A stretch of DNA of 63,993 nt, filler included, from Octopus bimaculoides (lineage: Eukaryota), in assembly GCF_001194135.2 (NCBI RefSeq). It is 6 parts of 5 records of this genome, joined end to end, with 100 filler letters (N's around TTAATTAATTAA, not from the genome) between each part and the next. Parts side by side here need not be neighbours in the genome. Positions count along the whole stretch, not along the records: positions 1 to 17,328 come from NC_068981.1; 5 more parts are not named here. One strand, 5' to 3'. This document shows, one piece after another, positions 1-13,030 of this stretch. The stretch's first letter is position 1. Every line of letters starts with the position of its first letter. Made by a program: the position numbers and the translations under genes. A model generated the notes under the pieces. The model was not told where the DNA came from and ran no database searches. It was given only the letters and a program-made list of their open reading frames with translations.

Positions 1-95
<95 letters not shown>

Positions 96-96
96 T

Positions 97-135
<39 letters not shown>

Positions 136-240
136 GAGGGAGAATGAGAAAGAGAGGTAGAGTGAGAGAGAGATAGAAAGATATATTGATAGACAGATAT
201 AGATAGACAAATATAGGTGGATAACGTTATACACACACAT
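1..240. repeat. (AT)n/(AG)n/(GATA)n compound microsatellite
   Basis: Directly visible dinucleotide and tetranucleotide runs. Confidence 0.98.
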
Positions 241-815
241 ACATACATCAGCAATTGATTATATTTTCATGTGAACTCAATATATTCACATGTGTATAGC
301 GATCAACGGTGAGAAATTTGAGTAATCAGAAGGGCAGACTCTCTGGCTGTGAATGTTTCTTAATACACTTCGATCTTATTACATATCCACTCCACTTCGA
401 TGACCTACAGTGAAATACTAGACGACATTTCGAATGAAAAAGGTAAACAAAAAAATAGGAGAAAGAAAAATATATAAAAGAAAACAAAATCTAAAAAAAA
501 AAAGAGACGAAAATAAACAAAGCAAGAAAAAGAAAATCTACCACACCCCCAGGGTGTAAAACAGCTTTCAAGGTTTGTATTCCGAAGCTGCAATGTTATT
601 GATACTCGGTGTGTTCAATTGTTATAGTGTTGTGTTACAGTAAAACAAGTGTTGGACTGTCAGATACGAGATGTGCTTTTACACCCCTCCTTCATTGGTT
701 GGCAGATCGGAGCATTTGCACCGAGCAGCCATTTACGATTGAAAAGTAAACTAATCCCTGTAAGCAAGAAGAGTTTCTTCGATTCGTGTGACATGATAGG
801 AAAAACAATACATTC

Positions 816-849
<34 letters not shown>

Positions 850-851
<2 letters not shown>

Positions 852-1045
852 GCTTCAAATTTTGGCACAAGGCCAGCAATTTTATGGGAGGATAAATCGA
901 TTACATCAACACCAGTGCTTAACTGGTAATTATTTTATCGAATCCCAAAAGACGAAAGGCAAAATATACCTAAGCGGAATTTGAACTCAGAACATAAAGA
1001 CTGATTAAATCGTGCCAAATATTTTGTCCAGCTCGGCACCTTAGA
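850..1045 (-). mobile_element. tRNA-derived SINE, family A, diverged copy
   Basis: Reverse complement aligns by eye to the full-length copy at 63060-63290 (gagttcaaattccgc B-box region, ctttcgtcttttgg, accagtt..gcactgg). Confidence 0.8.
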
Positions 1046-1076
1046 AAAAAAAAACAAAAAAAAAAAACACGAACAT

Positions 1077-1178
1077 AGGCGTAGGAGTGGCTGTGTGGTA
1101 AGTAGCTTGCTTACGAACAACATGGTTCCCGGTTCAGTCCCTCTGCGTGGCACCTTGGGTAAGTGTCTTCTACTATAG
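1077..1178 (+). mobile_element. tRNA/CORE-type SINE, family B, 5' head
   Basis: ggagtggctgtgtggtaag A-box-like and ggttcagtccc B-box-like head, followed by caccttgggtaagtgtctt, which resembles the CORE-SINE ccttgggcaagt motif. Confidence 0.85.
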
Positions 1179-1239
1179 ACACAAACTCACGCGCGCAAAC
1201 ACACACACAAACACACACACACACACACACACACACATA

Positions 1240-1380
1240 TGTATACGATGGGTTTCTTTCAATCTCCGTCTATCAAATCCACTCACAAGGCCCGAGGCTA
1301 TAGTAGAAGACACTTGCCCAAGGTGCCACGCAGTGGGACTGAACCCAGAACCATGTGGTTGGTAAGCAAGCTACTTACCG
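1240..1380 (-). mobile_element. SINE family B, inverted relative to 1077-1178
   Basis: ctatagtagaagacacttgcccaaggtgccacgcagtgggactgaaccc...gtaagcaagctacttacc is the reverse complement of the head at 1095-1178. Confidence 0.9.
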
Positions 1381-1424
1381 TATAGACACTCTCTTTTCTT
1401 TAAAGATAAATGAATTGACTTAAC

Positions 1425-1640
1425 TTATGGCTGATAGCTTACAGAATCGTTGGAGTGTTCGAAAAAACGTTTTGTGGTATACATTCCGGATTTTTACGTT
1501 CCGAGTCCAATTACCACTGAAGACCACTTTGCATTTTCTCCGCTCAGGTTCATTAAAATAAAGTGCTAGGCCAAGCACTGAAATCGATAGCCTCGACTAC
1601 ATCCCTTCTCCTCAAAATCTTTGGCTTTGTGCTTCAATAA
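1425..1640 (+). mobile_element. SINE family A, old copy
   Basis: cagaatcgttgg...ttacgttccgagtccaatt...actttgcattt similar to 63060-63290. Confidence 0.6.
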
Positions 1641-1654
1641 TAAACCATGTTACA

Positions 1655-1950
1655 GTTTCCGGCTCAAGATCGGAAGACTGTGAGTTCGATTCTCGGTGAC
1701 GCGTTGTGTCTTTATACAATACTCTTTATTTCACGTTCACCAGTACACTCAGCTGACAAAAATGAGTTGTACCTGTAAATTCAAAGGGCCAGCCTCGTCA
1801 TATTCTGTGTCATGCAGAATATCTCTGAGAATACGTTAAGGGTACGCTGTCTAGGGAGCGCTCAGCCACATGCACGTTAATTTCACCAGCGGGCTGTTCC
1901 ATTGATCGGATCACCTGGAACCCTCGTGGTCGTAACCAGGAATGCCAATT
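1655..1950 (+). mobile_element. tRNA-derived SINE, family C
   Basis: gagttcgattc B-box, gcgttgtgtc..., gcacgttaatttc, gaaccctcgtggtcgtaacc; collinear second copy at 37071-37350. Confidence 0.8.
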
Positions 1951-2485
1951 AAACGAATAAATTAACAGGTAATATTTTCAGAAACGTCAAATTCCTCCTC
2001 CTCCATACAGCATATTTATTTATTACACCTTGTAAATCGTATATAAGTATTAAATGCCCATGAAGACTATCGCTACTCTTCTCAAATTCTGCTTTTTCGC
2101 TTAATGTTGCCACTAGTTTGAGATAGAAAAGCGCAACACGGCACGGCTGTGATTCGAAACCCCATATCTATTGCAGGACCAGGAATCACATTACCGATTG
2201 TTCTACAACACACCTCCATCTACACCTCTGATTTCGAATTAGATACTTAAATCTATTTTCTTTTCTGTTATTTTTAAATGTGACATTTTATCTTCCGAAG
2301 TTCACTTATCAGGCATTTAAAATTACGAGGGCATGGGATAAAATGTATGTATGTATGTATATATATANNNNNNNNNNNNNNNNNNNNNNNNNNNNNNNNN
2401 NNNNNNNNNNNNNNNNNNNNNNNNNNNNNNNNNNNNNNNNNNNNNNNNNNNNNNNNNNNNNNNNNNNNNNNNNNNNNNNNNNNNA

Positions 2486-3160
2486 GGACTCAAAGCAGAG
2501 ACTGAAGGATTTTTAATTGCTGCACAAGACCAAAGCTTCCCCACCAGAAATTACCAAAAACATATAATGAAAAGAAACATAACAAGTAACTGCAGAATAT
2601 GTGGCGATGGACAAGAAACAATAAATCATATTATCTCTGGCTGCCTAGTTCTGGCTAAGAAGGAATATATTCACAGACACGACAGAGCTGGGACCTACAT
2701 ACATTGGAAGCTATGCCAACACTATGGAATAGCAACAGAAAAAAGATGGTATAAACACACGCCAGAAAAGGTCACAGAAAACGAGAAAGCAACCATACTC
2801 TGGGATATGCCAATACACACAGATAGAAAAATTAAGTCCAATACACCAGATATAGTTGTCAAAGACCATGAAGGAAAAATATGCTTTCTAATTGATGTAT
2901 CAATACCAGCAGATGACAACGTTTCCCTAAAAGAAATGGAGAAACTTTCAAAATACAAAGACCTGGAAATAGAAGTAACTCGAATGTGGAATCTAAAACA
3001 GAAACAATTCCTATCATAGTAGGCGCCTTAGGTATAATAAAAAAAATATTCAGACAAATACATAACAAAAACACCAGGACTTACAAATATATATAACATA
3101 CAGAAAATTGCACTACTGGGCACTGCACACATCCTACGCAAAACACTTTCAATACAGTAA
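2486..3160 (+). mobile_element. 3' end of RLE-type non-LTR retrotransposon (R4/Dong-like): C2HC zinc knuckle plus restriction-like endonuclease
   Basis: CRICGDGQETINHIISGC (CX2C-X8-H-X4-C), HRHD motif, TPDIVV..CFLIDVSIP..KEMEKLSKY (PD-D/E-K nuclease); frameshift near 3005 continues as PIIVGALGIIKK; 5' part lost in gap. Confidence 0.92.
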
Positions 3161-3259
3161 CCATAAGAGCATCACAGCAAATCACGGCACATACCCAGGG
3201 CACACAGAGCTGCGCTCGGTAGTGAAGTGAAAGTACGTTATAAAAATAAAACTACTGAA

Positions 3260-3288
3260 CAATAATAATAATAATATTGATGATGATG

Positions 3289-3346
<58 letters not shown>

Positions 3347-3355
3347 TAATAATAA
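3260..3355 (+). repeat. (AAT)n tract at the 3' end of the R4/Dong-like LINE
   Basis: Direct sequence; starts ~100 bp after the end of the element's coding region. Confidence 0.9.
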
Positions 3356-3744
3356 CAAAATGTCAATTGTTTTGGTTGCGTGAAATTTGGCCCATGCAGT
3401 GTGTATATATATGTATATATATGAGATAGCTAATACGAACCACACAAATAGAACTAGATTACTTATTAAAATTATAGCCTAGAATCCGATTCAGTGACTC
3501 ACGAGCTTAGAGTTTCATGCTGGAACATTAAACTATGTGTGCGTGCGTGCGTGCGAGCGTACGTGATTGTATACGTGTGTGAGTATGAGTTTGTTGCATG
3601 TGTGTGTGGGAGTGTGCATGTGTGTGTGTGTGCGTGTGTGTGGGTGTGTGCATGTGTGTGTGCGTGCGTGTGCATGTGTGCGTACATATATGTATATATG
3701 CGTGTATGTATGTATGTATGTATCTTTTATCTTTTAACTTTTAC

Positions 3745-4150
3745 ATGTTTCAGTCATTGGACTGCGGCCAATCTGGAGCACGGCCTTGAAAGGTTTTACT
3801 TGAACGAATTGACCCCATTACTTTTTCTAAAGCTGCTGGTACTTATTCTAAGTTACGGGGATCTAAAACCAACACCGGTTATCAAGTGGTGGTGGGGGAC
3901 AAATACATTTACAAAGACACACATATAAACACATAAACATATATATGCAAATATATGTGCGTGTGTATATACATGCATTCATACATGCATACATATACAT
4001 AAATACATACATACATACACATATAATGAGCTTCTTTCAGTTTCCACTCACATGGCTTCGGTCGTCCCAGGGCTATATTAGAAGACACATGCTCGAGATG
4101 CCACGCAGTGGGACTTAACCCAGAACCATGTAGTGGGGAAGCAAACTTCT
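3745..4150 (-). mobile_element. SINE family B, near full length with internal microsatellite
   Basis: Tail (tgtttcagtcattggactgcggcc) plus head (gccacgcagtgggacttaacccagaacc) flanking a TACA-type repeat. Confidence 0.85.
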
Positions 4151-4293
4151 TATCCATGTGTTTTTCAGTTCGATAAAATTAGCGTTATAAGTATTGGTGT
4201 CAACATAATTGATTAAAACCGTTGAAGTCAATATCCTCCATGGCTACAAGCAAATGGATGAATGCAGTGAAATAAATCAAAGAGAGGAAGAAA

Positions 4294-4379
<86 letters not shown>

Positions 4380-4468
4380 AGGAAAGGGGTAGTAGATCGA
4401 AATCCTAATGTTTGCTCACGTTGAAATATTTTATATAGGTCAAGCAAATGACCGAATGTGATACATAT

Positions 4469-4501
<33 letters not shown>

Positions 4502-6249
4502 TACACACATACACACACATACGCACACACACACACACACACAGTGCGTAAACCTTGTATTAAAATGCAAATCTCAACGTCAGCAATTTTATCGATTAAC
4601 TTATATATCTGGGCGGTCGTATTTGCGCAATATGCGATTGCAATCGTTATTTAATCCTAGGTGGAAAAAGATATGTCAGATAGATCTACAAGAAAGATTA
4701 ATGTTAAATATGACAGTCATTATCTACGGTTACAAAATGTAGGAGTTGGTGGAGGGGCGCGTAGTGAATAATCATTAAACACCGTTGCGTATCAATTGCT
4801 CACTCATTGCTATTCCTCATTGTTTTTACGCTATCATGTTTTTTTCTACATGTTTCAACCATTAAAATTAAATCGTACAGCCGTTAAAGAGGCGGTTGGA
4901 GTTGGAGTTTTAATCCAATGTAACTTCAAAGATATATAAAAAGTCCGGCATAAATGAGCTCATAATGGTAAATATACACGTGAAGAAAGAAATATTCTTT
5001 TCTTAGAGTCACTATTTAAAATATATCCTGTCACCACTGTGGAAGCTATAGGCAAGCTGTGATCTCAAAGACCATGACGAATACGGTTAACTAAGTCGAG
5101 AAAGCATGAATGTCATGCGTTTCCCTTACCCTAAAATAATGGGCATTCTTCAAATTAGCTTTCACAGTCTTTAAACTGAGAGGAATGACTGAGATTTAAA
5201 TAACATACTTTCAGATTCACTACAACAATCTATGATCAGAGGCTGGTACTGCTTTGTCAGCGATCACACGAGGATAAGCAGCCAAACTCGAGCATTCGTT
5301 CTTAGAAAGAAAGAAAATATAAACCAGTTTGTTAAATACTGCAAATAAAGCCACGATGTCAAATATGGCGTTGTTTCATTGTTTCCATTTCATGATTACT
5401 GCATCGTTGCTGCCAAAGAGGGAGATGTACTCAACTTACAAGCTGACTAGATTTTATTTTATAATGTCCGAAGTTTTTTTTTTTTAGCATTATTGAATCT
5501 GCTATAAATGTTTTCAACGGAAAATATTTTTACGTATCATAAAACACTTATTTAAGACAGAATGAAAACAGCAACAGTATAGAATCTCATATAGCGAATA
5601 TTTCACTTTACGTTATATCACTAATGTCATAGTGACACAAACATAACAATTACTCATTGATCGTCGGTGAAATTAAAACGGGGCAGAGAGATATACTTTC
5701 AATAGGATACCTTTTCAGATTCCAAATTTAAACACGATCCCAGCCCTTCACATGGGCAACATCTGGTTTGCATCAAAATGTATTTTGTTAAATCTTAGGT
5801 TTGAGCCGCCAGATAGTGGATAACAGTTCCGGTGTGAATGTAGTACTGCAGGGTTTATTTTACTTGACTTTGTTTGCGCTCAACTCTCAATTGTTCTGGT
5901 CTCATCTTCAGATTACATAAAAATCTATAAATATTTTACGACCAATTCATACGTTCACACCCTCTTATCTAATAAAACACTAGTTTAATGTTTACCATTG
6001 TTGATGCTTGTCTAAACCCATATTAGGTCAACTCACTAAGCCTATGACAAAAATGTGTTCCACCTATATTTTCCTCGCCTCTATGAGAGAATCTGTATAT
6101 CAGGAACCACGTATGCGCACACGGATACAAGGTCTTTGGGCAAAGTCTGACTGATTGCATAAGAGGAAAAGAAAACAATATCCTATCCAATAATAAAATT
6201 ATTTTAAAACCTCAAATAATATTAACTAGATTATGGCTAGGAGATACTA

Positions 6250-6760
6250 GTTTACTCAAAGTAGCTGCCCTCAACTTCTACCGCAGCTGCAAGACGGCTC
6301 CAGGACCCGGTGCATGCATTCCTCACTATCTACTGGGAAGCTCTTCGAACACCTTGATTTTGGCCACCAGTTCGGCCTTGATGTTGCAAGTAGTGCAGTT
6401 GGTATCTTTCTCAACGGTGTTCCACACATAGTAATCCATGGGACTTCAGATATGGGAATTAGGGGCCAGAAATTAAGACCGGTCAAGTCAGAGAAATTCT
6501 CCATTCCGGAGAATGACTCATTCCGGAGGTATGACAAAGAGCGGAATCCCGCTTTCAGCGGCAACCCCCTCCAGCCAGTAATTGATCACAGTCTCTATCA
6601 GCTTCCCGTAGCTGTCTGAATTGAGGTTAAAATCCTATCCAAAGATGTGGGTATGTTTTGCAGCATGCTGACGCAGTCAGAACGGCTGCTGTGCCCTTTC
6701 CTGCTGGCCACGGCTTCGTAATGTTCGTTGCAGCTGTAGATGTTATTCATGTCTTAAACT
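6250..6760 (-). pseudogene. Decayed, internally deleted Tc1/mariner-superfamily transposase, maT (DD37D)-like
   Basis: Minus-strand frames give LNSDSY..., DSALCHTS, FWP.NS, SPMDYYVWNTVEKDTN and a C-terminal ..GSYFE*; the third catalytic position is D (PMD); several frameshifts. Confidence 0.85.
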
Positions 6761-7385
6761 GACTTCTAGTCCTCCATGTCAGCTAACTTTTTCTTAGCTA
6801 CAACTTCAATCTTTATGTTCTCCAACGCTATTAACTGTTGACCAATGCATCAAGCTGTTCCTGAAAAAAACAAAAGAAGCAAAACATGAAAAACTCCTTA
6901 AATTTAATCCGAATACCCGGTATATATAGATACACGGATGGTTTTCCTGGTTTGATTATGAGGATATTAATTGTTCGGTCAACTGAATTATCTGCTCCTG
7001 AATTAATGTGTAAGTACTTCACAGGCACTTCACAGGCACTTAACCTAATTCTCTAGGAGAATCAGTGAGAGACAGCGTATCATGCATGCATACACACATA
7101 CACACAAACAACATCGTGGTTTCCAGTTCGATCCCTTCAGGTGTCAAATTCTTTCAACCACACTCTGGGGGCTACAAAAGCTTTGCGAAAGAAATTTTGC
7201 AAATGATACGGTGTGGAAATCAATTGGAGAGAGTATTTCTATTCTCGATTTCACCTCCCCGATCTCAGATGTCTTGAAAAGGGTCACCTCTGACTAACCA
7301 ATTAAATACATAATGCTTTTTCCCCTTTTTTCCATAAATAAAACTCTAGAATTTGATTTGGCCGGAGATTTATCTGCTGCGGTAT

Positions 7386-7443
<58 letters not shown>

Positions 7444-8608
7444 GCACACACGCATGCACACATACATACACATTTAAAAATGTATGTAAAAGATCCCACG
7501 ACCACGTAGAGGCTCTCATTGATTTATTACAATTCTAGAATAGTGAGGACCTACAAGACTTCTTAATCTTGATAAAAAAACAAGCAGTTTGCATGTGAAA
7601 ATTCGACATATCTGTTATATTAAAGTAAATTTAAATTCTATCAATTTGGGCGATGAAATTTCCAGTTTTTCGAGCAGCAGAATTACCTACTCATTATCTT
7701 TTTCAACAGCGATAAAAACGCAATCACTAAAACGCTACTAATATCAAATAAACATTATCGCACACCACCCTATTTAATCGTGAGCAATACTCAGTTAAAG
7801 CAATCATGATCGGTCTAATTGCTGGCACCAACTATCATAGATGATCGTTTTCCGCAAAAACATATTCATAACACAGCTAAGCCCACATACACAAGTCTGA
7901 TCGTTCTTCAGAGACAATGGATAATTCAGCTCCTAACGATTATTGATGCTCTACGGCGCTCATACAAGGCCCATGATAGACTATTACCCTCGCATCTGGA
8001 ACCATACTACATCCACACATACAGACAACGTCCAGAAAAAAAGCCCACCCAGGCGCGCAGTGTTCTTCCTCGGCTTTTTACCGTAATGTAGCAGTCTTTA
8101 ATCCATGGAGCTGACCTGATGTCACCTCCTGTCAGGTTTGCCAAAATTAACCGTCTCTTTCATTTTCGCTCGTTTCCTATAGGATCCTGCATTAATTACT
8201 ACATTCAGTCTTTTCTTCCTAAATATTGGCCGTTGGAATTTCATTCCTGCTCATATATTCCCACAGATGTTGATTCAAAAACGTTGAAGAGGAAACATTT
8301 ATAATATCAGTCTCACTGTTCTACGATGGTCTGCAAAGGTACTTCCTTTTCCTTCGAAACCCAGCAAATGAAAGATGTGCTTCAGTATTCTATCTATCAC
8401 GATCCCTATTGATCACCCCTTTTTTTTTTTTTCTCGATCCCTTTTGATCGAACTCCCCCCTTTTTCCTTCCTACGATCCCTTTTGATCGACACCCCCCAC
8501 CTTTTTTTTTTTCCTTCCCTCTCACAAAAAGAAAAACTCTACATTGTATTTGTCCCATCTTCGTTGAGCCCTGTGTGGCTAATAAAAGAAATGTATCTTT
8601 GTGTGCAC

Positions 8609-8665
<57 letters not shown>

Positions 8666-9297
8666 CGCACGCGCGCGCATGCGTTTTGCAAAACTGTTTG
8701 CTGAATCAATGTGACACCGTGTTTAACAAGGCTGAGGCTTTTGAATCAGATTTACGTCCTCGTACATAACTTCACTGCATGTATTATCACTTTCTATATA
8801 AGAGAAATGATGGAACACCCTCACGGAATTATTGTGTGAATGACTGAACCTTCCAATTCTTTGGAGACTTAAAGTAATTTTCAGAGACAGTCAGTTTGAT
8901 GGTAGACTTTAAAATCACAGGTACAAGCTATCCTCTAGGATTCCATACAGTTTCCGTCTATCCATTTTCACTCAGAGGGCTTTGCTAGATACGGTCTATG
9001 TTACCTGACAATAACCTACGCAACAAAGTAGGATCGAACTATAGACCTCTGGAATGCGGAACGAAATTTGTAACCATACGGCCAAGATTGTGCCATGGTA
9101 TGATATATATATATATATATATGAATATCGCATAGCTGTAAGATGATGCAAGACTGTACCGTCATGGTCTGCTAGTTGAGAAATTATTCCGGTTGAGTAT
9201 CCACAAATGATTGTACATAAGTATATGAATGCAAGCGTGTTTACATGTGTTTGCGTTTATATACTTAACTATGTATGAAAGTGTGCGTGTGTGTGTG

Positions 9298-9328
<31 letters not shown>

Positions 9329-10319
9329 TTGTGTGCGTTCGTGCGCATGTTATGTATGCCTGGGTATGCGTATGTGAGCGGGGATGTAGTTTCGCAAGTT
9401 TATACTGTGTCCGTGACCTGGGCATGTTCGCGAGAGAGACAGTCAAGTGAGAAATGTAATGAAACCTGAATAATGGAAGGATAGCTTCACTTCACACTCG
9501 CCTTCTTCTCTGCTAACTTCTCTCGATCTTCTTTATCCGCGCTACACCTTAAATTCTTTAATTTCCGCCTAATCAGATTCTGAATTCTCTCTCTATATAT
9601 ATTTACGTCTAAAGGATCCAGTTTCAGTTTCCGTTTAGAATCATTTCATTTACGTCACTAATGCCTTCTGACAAAAACGTGAATTTCTCAACGATTCGTT
9701 CTTGATCATTTAAACTGTTTTAGAGATCGTATCTATGTGAGACACATTCTGCTGGAAAACGAGTTCGATGTCACTACTCAGTGAAATGAGCTTATTGGTG
9801 TATATTTGTTTCAAAACTAAAGTTGATACGTTCGTTCTGAATTTGTGAAGTGATCACGTAGATATGTTATTATACCACCAAGATATGTGATCCTAGTTCA
9901 AATATACTTTGGTTATTCCATCGGACTTCTCGACATCTCTAAAAATACAGCCGATCCACTGGCTTAAGAAATGATCTTACGATATTTTCTTTAAGCTGTG
10001 ACTGAAGGCTGAATCATTAAAGTGTGGATAAAATGTAGTGTGATATTTCCCCAGTTTTTTTTTCTTTGGCATTCTGAGTTGAAATCCTGTTAAGATCAAT
10101 CTAGCCCTCCATACTTCCGGGGTTGCTAAAATTATGAACCAGTGTAGGAAGATGGAATGACAGAATTTTTAGAGGATATAGGGCTCGCCTTTCTCTTCGA
10201 CAATACATCTGACGTGGAAAGGGGGAGACTTGAATGCATAAGTAACTGTTAGCCTAGCTTATCTGAGCTTATGCTCTAACGAGGAACTTTCTCTAAAGAA
10301 GAACTTTCCAGGTGTTGCA

Positions 10320-10520
10320 GTCATGATCGTAAGATTGTGGTTTCGATTCCTGGACGGCGCGATGCATTGAGTTCTTGAACAAAAGCTTTTTGTTTCATGT
10401 TGCTCCAATTCATTCAGCTGGCCAAAATGAGTAATCCAGTAACGGACGGGCGCCCAATCCGGGGCAGGAATATATACGTTACAGAATCTACGAAACCGGC
10501 CTCAAGAACCCATGACTGGG
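10320..10520 (+). mobile_element. SINE family C, decayed
   Basis: gtggtttcgattcctgg, gcattgagttcttgaacaaaag, ttgctccaattcattcagctgg match the family C head. Confidence 0.6.
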
Positions 10521-11246
10521 GAAGGACCTTTGATAGTACCTTTAAAATAGGTAACTGATTCAAGTCCTATCACCCAACATTAAATCTAATTCCAGGTATC
10601 TTACCGTTTGCTCCACAATGCTCGCTAAAACATTAATTTCTAAGATCGGTGGATGAAGACACACGTCTGTAGTTTAAAAGAAAAATACATAACTCAGGCA
10701 ATTTAATCAACCACAGCATATTGTTGATATTTTCAACAATCTCCAGTTCATCTCAGCCTTTTACCAGGTGGTGGTGGGGGGGGGGGACAAATATATCAGA
10801 TCTCTACCCAGGTCTCAGCATGACCTGAGTGTGGAATGTAAAGGTGCAAACCTAAAAATTACATGATATTACAAAAACTATTTCTACACCATTATTGTTA
10901 AGACCTTCAGCCTTTCCCCCAAAACATTGATTCCTTCAAAATTCTTAGTGGTTTTTGATCATATAAACGAACCTGTTGTGATTATTGTTTGTTGTTGTTG
11001 TAGATCGTCTACTTAATCTGTGACGCTATGTCACTTTTAGCCATTCTATTGCATACTTAACATAGATTTGTCATAGTTGACAGCCTTATGGCACATTTCA
11101 CAACACTATGACATGTTCTATTATTGTACATCTTATATGTGTACAACTTAACGAATATATGTGTGTGTATGTGTGTGTCTGTATGTACGTTTGGATATGT
11201 GTATGTGTCTATGTGCATGCGTGTATACACACGCACACACTTATGC

Positions 11247-11282
<36 letters not shown>

Positions 11283-12149
11283 GTATACACACATACATAC
11301 ATACATATATTTAGTGAGTGAGAGAAAGAGAGAGTTAAATATGTACATGTATGTATGAATATATATNNNNNNNNNNNNNNNNNNNNNNNNNNNNNNNNNN
11401 NNNNNNNNNNNNNNNNNNNNNNNNNNNNNNNNNNNNNNNNNNNNNNNNNNNNNNNNNNNNNNNNNNNNNNNNNNNNNNNNNNNNNNNNNNNNNNNNNNNN
11501 NNNNNNNNNNNNNNNNNNNNNNNNNNNNNNNNNNNNNNNNNNNNNNNNNNNNNNNNNNNNNNNNNNNNNNNNNNNNNNNNNNNNNNNNNNNNNNNNNNNN
11601 NNNNNNNNNNNNNNNNNNNNNNNNNNNNATATATATATATATATATATACATGTATGTACGTGTATGTATGCAATTTTGCTTGCACACTCACATATACGG
11701 ATATATTAACACGCGCACACATAATTCTTAATGCAGCGTTAACACATTTGACTACAGAGGGATTTAAAGGAAGCTAGCGACATGCATGCATGCACACACG
11801 CATGCACACATTATTATGTGCTAAGATAATATGTTCTGCTTTTAAAGATAAGCCTATGTGCACATCTGTGCACATCTGTACTCATCTGTGTTCATTCTAT
11901 CTGCTTGTAGACACTATAACCGGAATTCTCTGTTTTCAAATGTTAAGATGGAGTTTGAAGATTGTACGGGATAGTATTTCTAGCGGGTTAAACGACCACG
12001 TAAAGACTTTATGACTGGTGCCTCGTTCTCTCTTTACACAAACACACACACACACATAATTATGTATGTATGTATCTTGGTATATGTTTATGAACTTATA
12101 TGCATGTATGTCTATATATTTTATATATACCTGTGTGTGTGTTATAATA

Positions 12150-13030
12150 ATTCAACTGCTTTTCTCAATCTTGTACAACACACTCGATCAAATAAGCCTA
12201 ATAACAGATATAGGGATCAAGATGTCCTCCGGTTCAACCTAATTTTCGGTTTGCATGTTTCAACCAGGATCGCTGGAAACTTTTTTGCTGCTTTAGACAA
12301 GTGTTTTCCTAAATCTAATCGGTATCATGTTATTTTTAATCGACACACCGTGAAGGTATCCTATACCAACTCTTCTAATTTAGAGCAGCTTATGCACCGC
12401 ATAAACAATAGCAAAATGCAGCAAAGATTCAATAACCCACCTACTGGATCTAGCAAACATTTGCATCTAAATACCAACCAAGGAGATGTAAACCGCATTG
12501 ATAAGCATCAACTTCGACTAATTTATAGTAGTAGAAATACTCATGGTACAGCTAGCACGGTAACAACACCGGTAAATAGAGTCGAGATTGCCTTATATAC
12601 AGATAAATACGATAAATTCTCATGAAGAAATGAATCAAAATGTCCTTTGATGAATCTCTGTATAAGTACAAATCTTGTATATAAATGTACCGTTCACACA
12701 AGGGGAGGGAACTATATTTACATTGGGCAAACGGCTGATTCATGTAAGAATCGTTATCGTAACCATGTTGCCAGCTTTAAGTCAATCAATAAGAGACATT
12801 CAACATTCTTAGCAGATTTTATATGGCGACTGAAGGAGGATAAAACGTAGTACAACATTAATTGGTCCATAGTTAGACATGAAAAACCATGTAATATTAT
12901 TTCCAGGAGATGCTGTTTCTGCTCCAAGGAATCCCTGTCTATTCTGTGGATTAACGAGAAGATAATAGAATTTCTGATCGACTATCGAGATGCCTACACG
13001 CATATAAAATGTACTTTCACACAATGCAGT
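12150..13030 (+). mobile_element. Penelope-like element remnant (Neptune-type): RT C-terminal region, Cys linker and GIY-YIG endonuclease
   Basis: RFNLIFGLHVSTRIAGNFF..LDKCFP..IFNRHTVKVSY; then KCPLMNLC-ISTNLVYKCTVH..YIYIGQT..KNRYRNH..SF..ST.L..FIWRLK (VY-YIG, catalytic R). The Cys-rich linker is typical of Neptune PLEs. Stops and frameshifts present. Confidence 0.9.
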
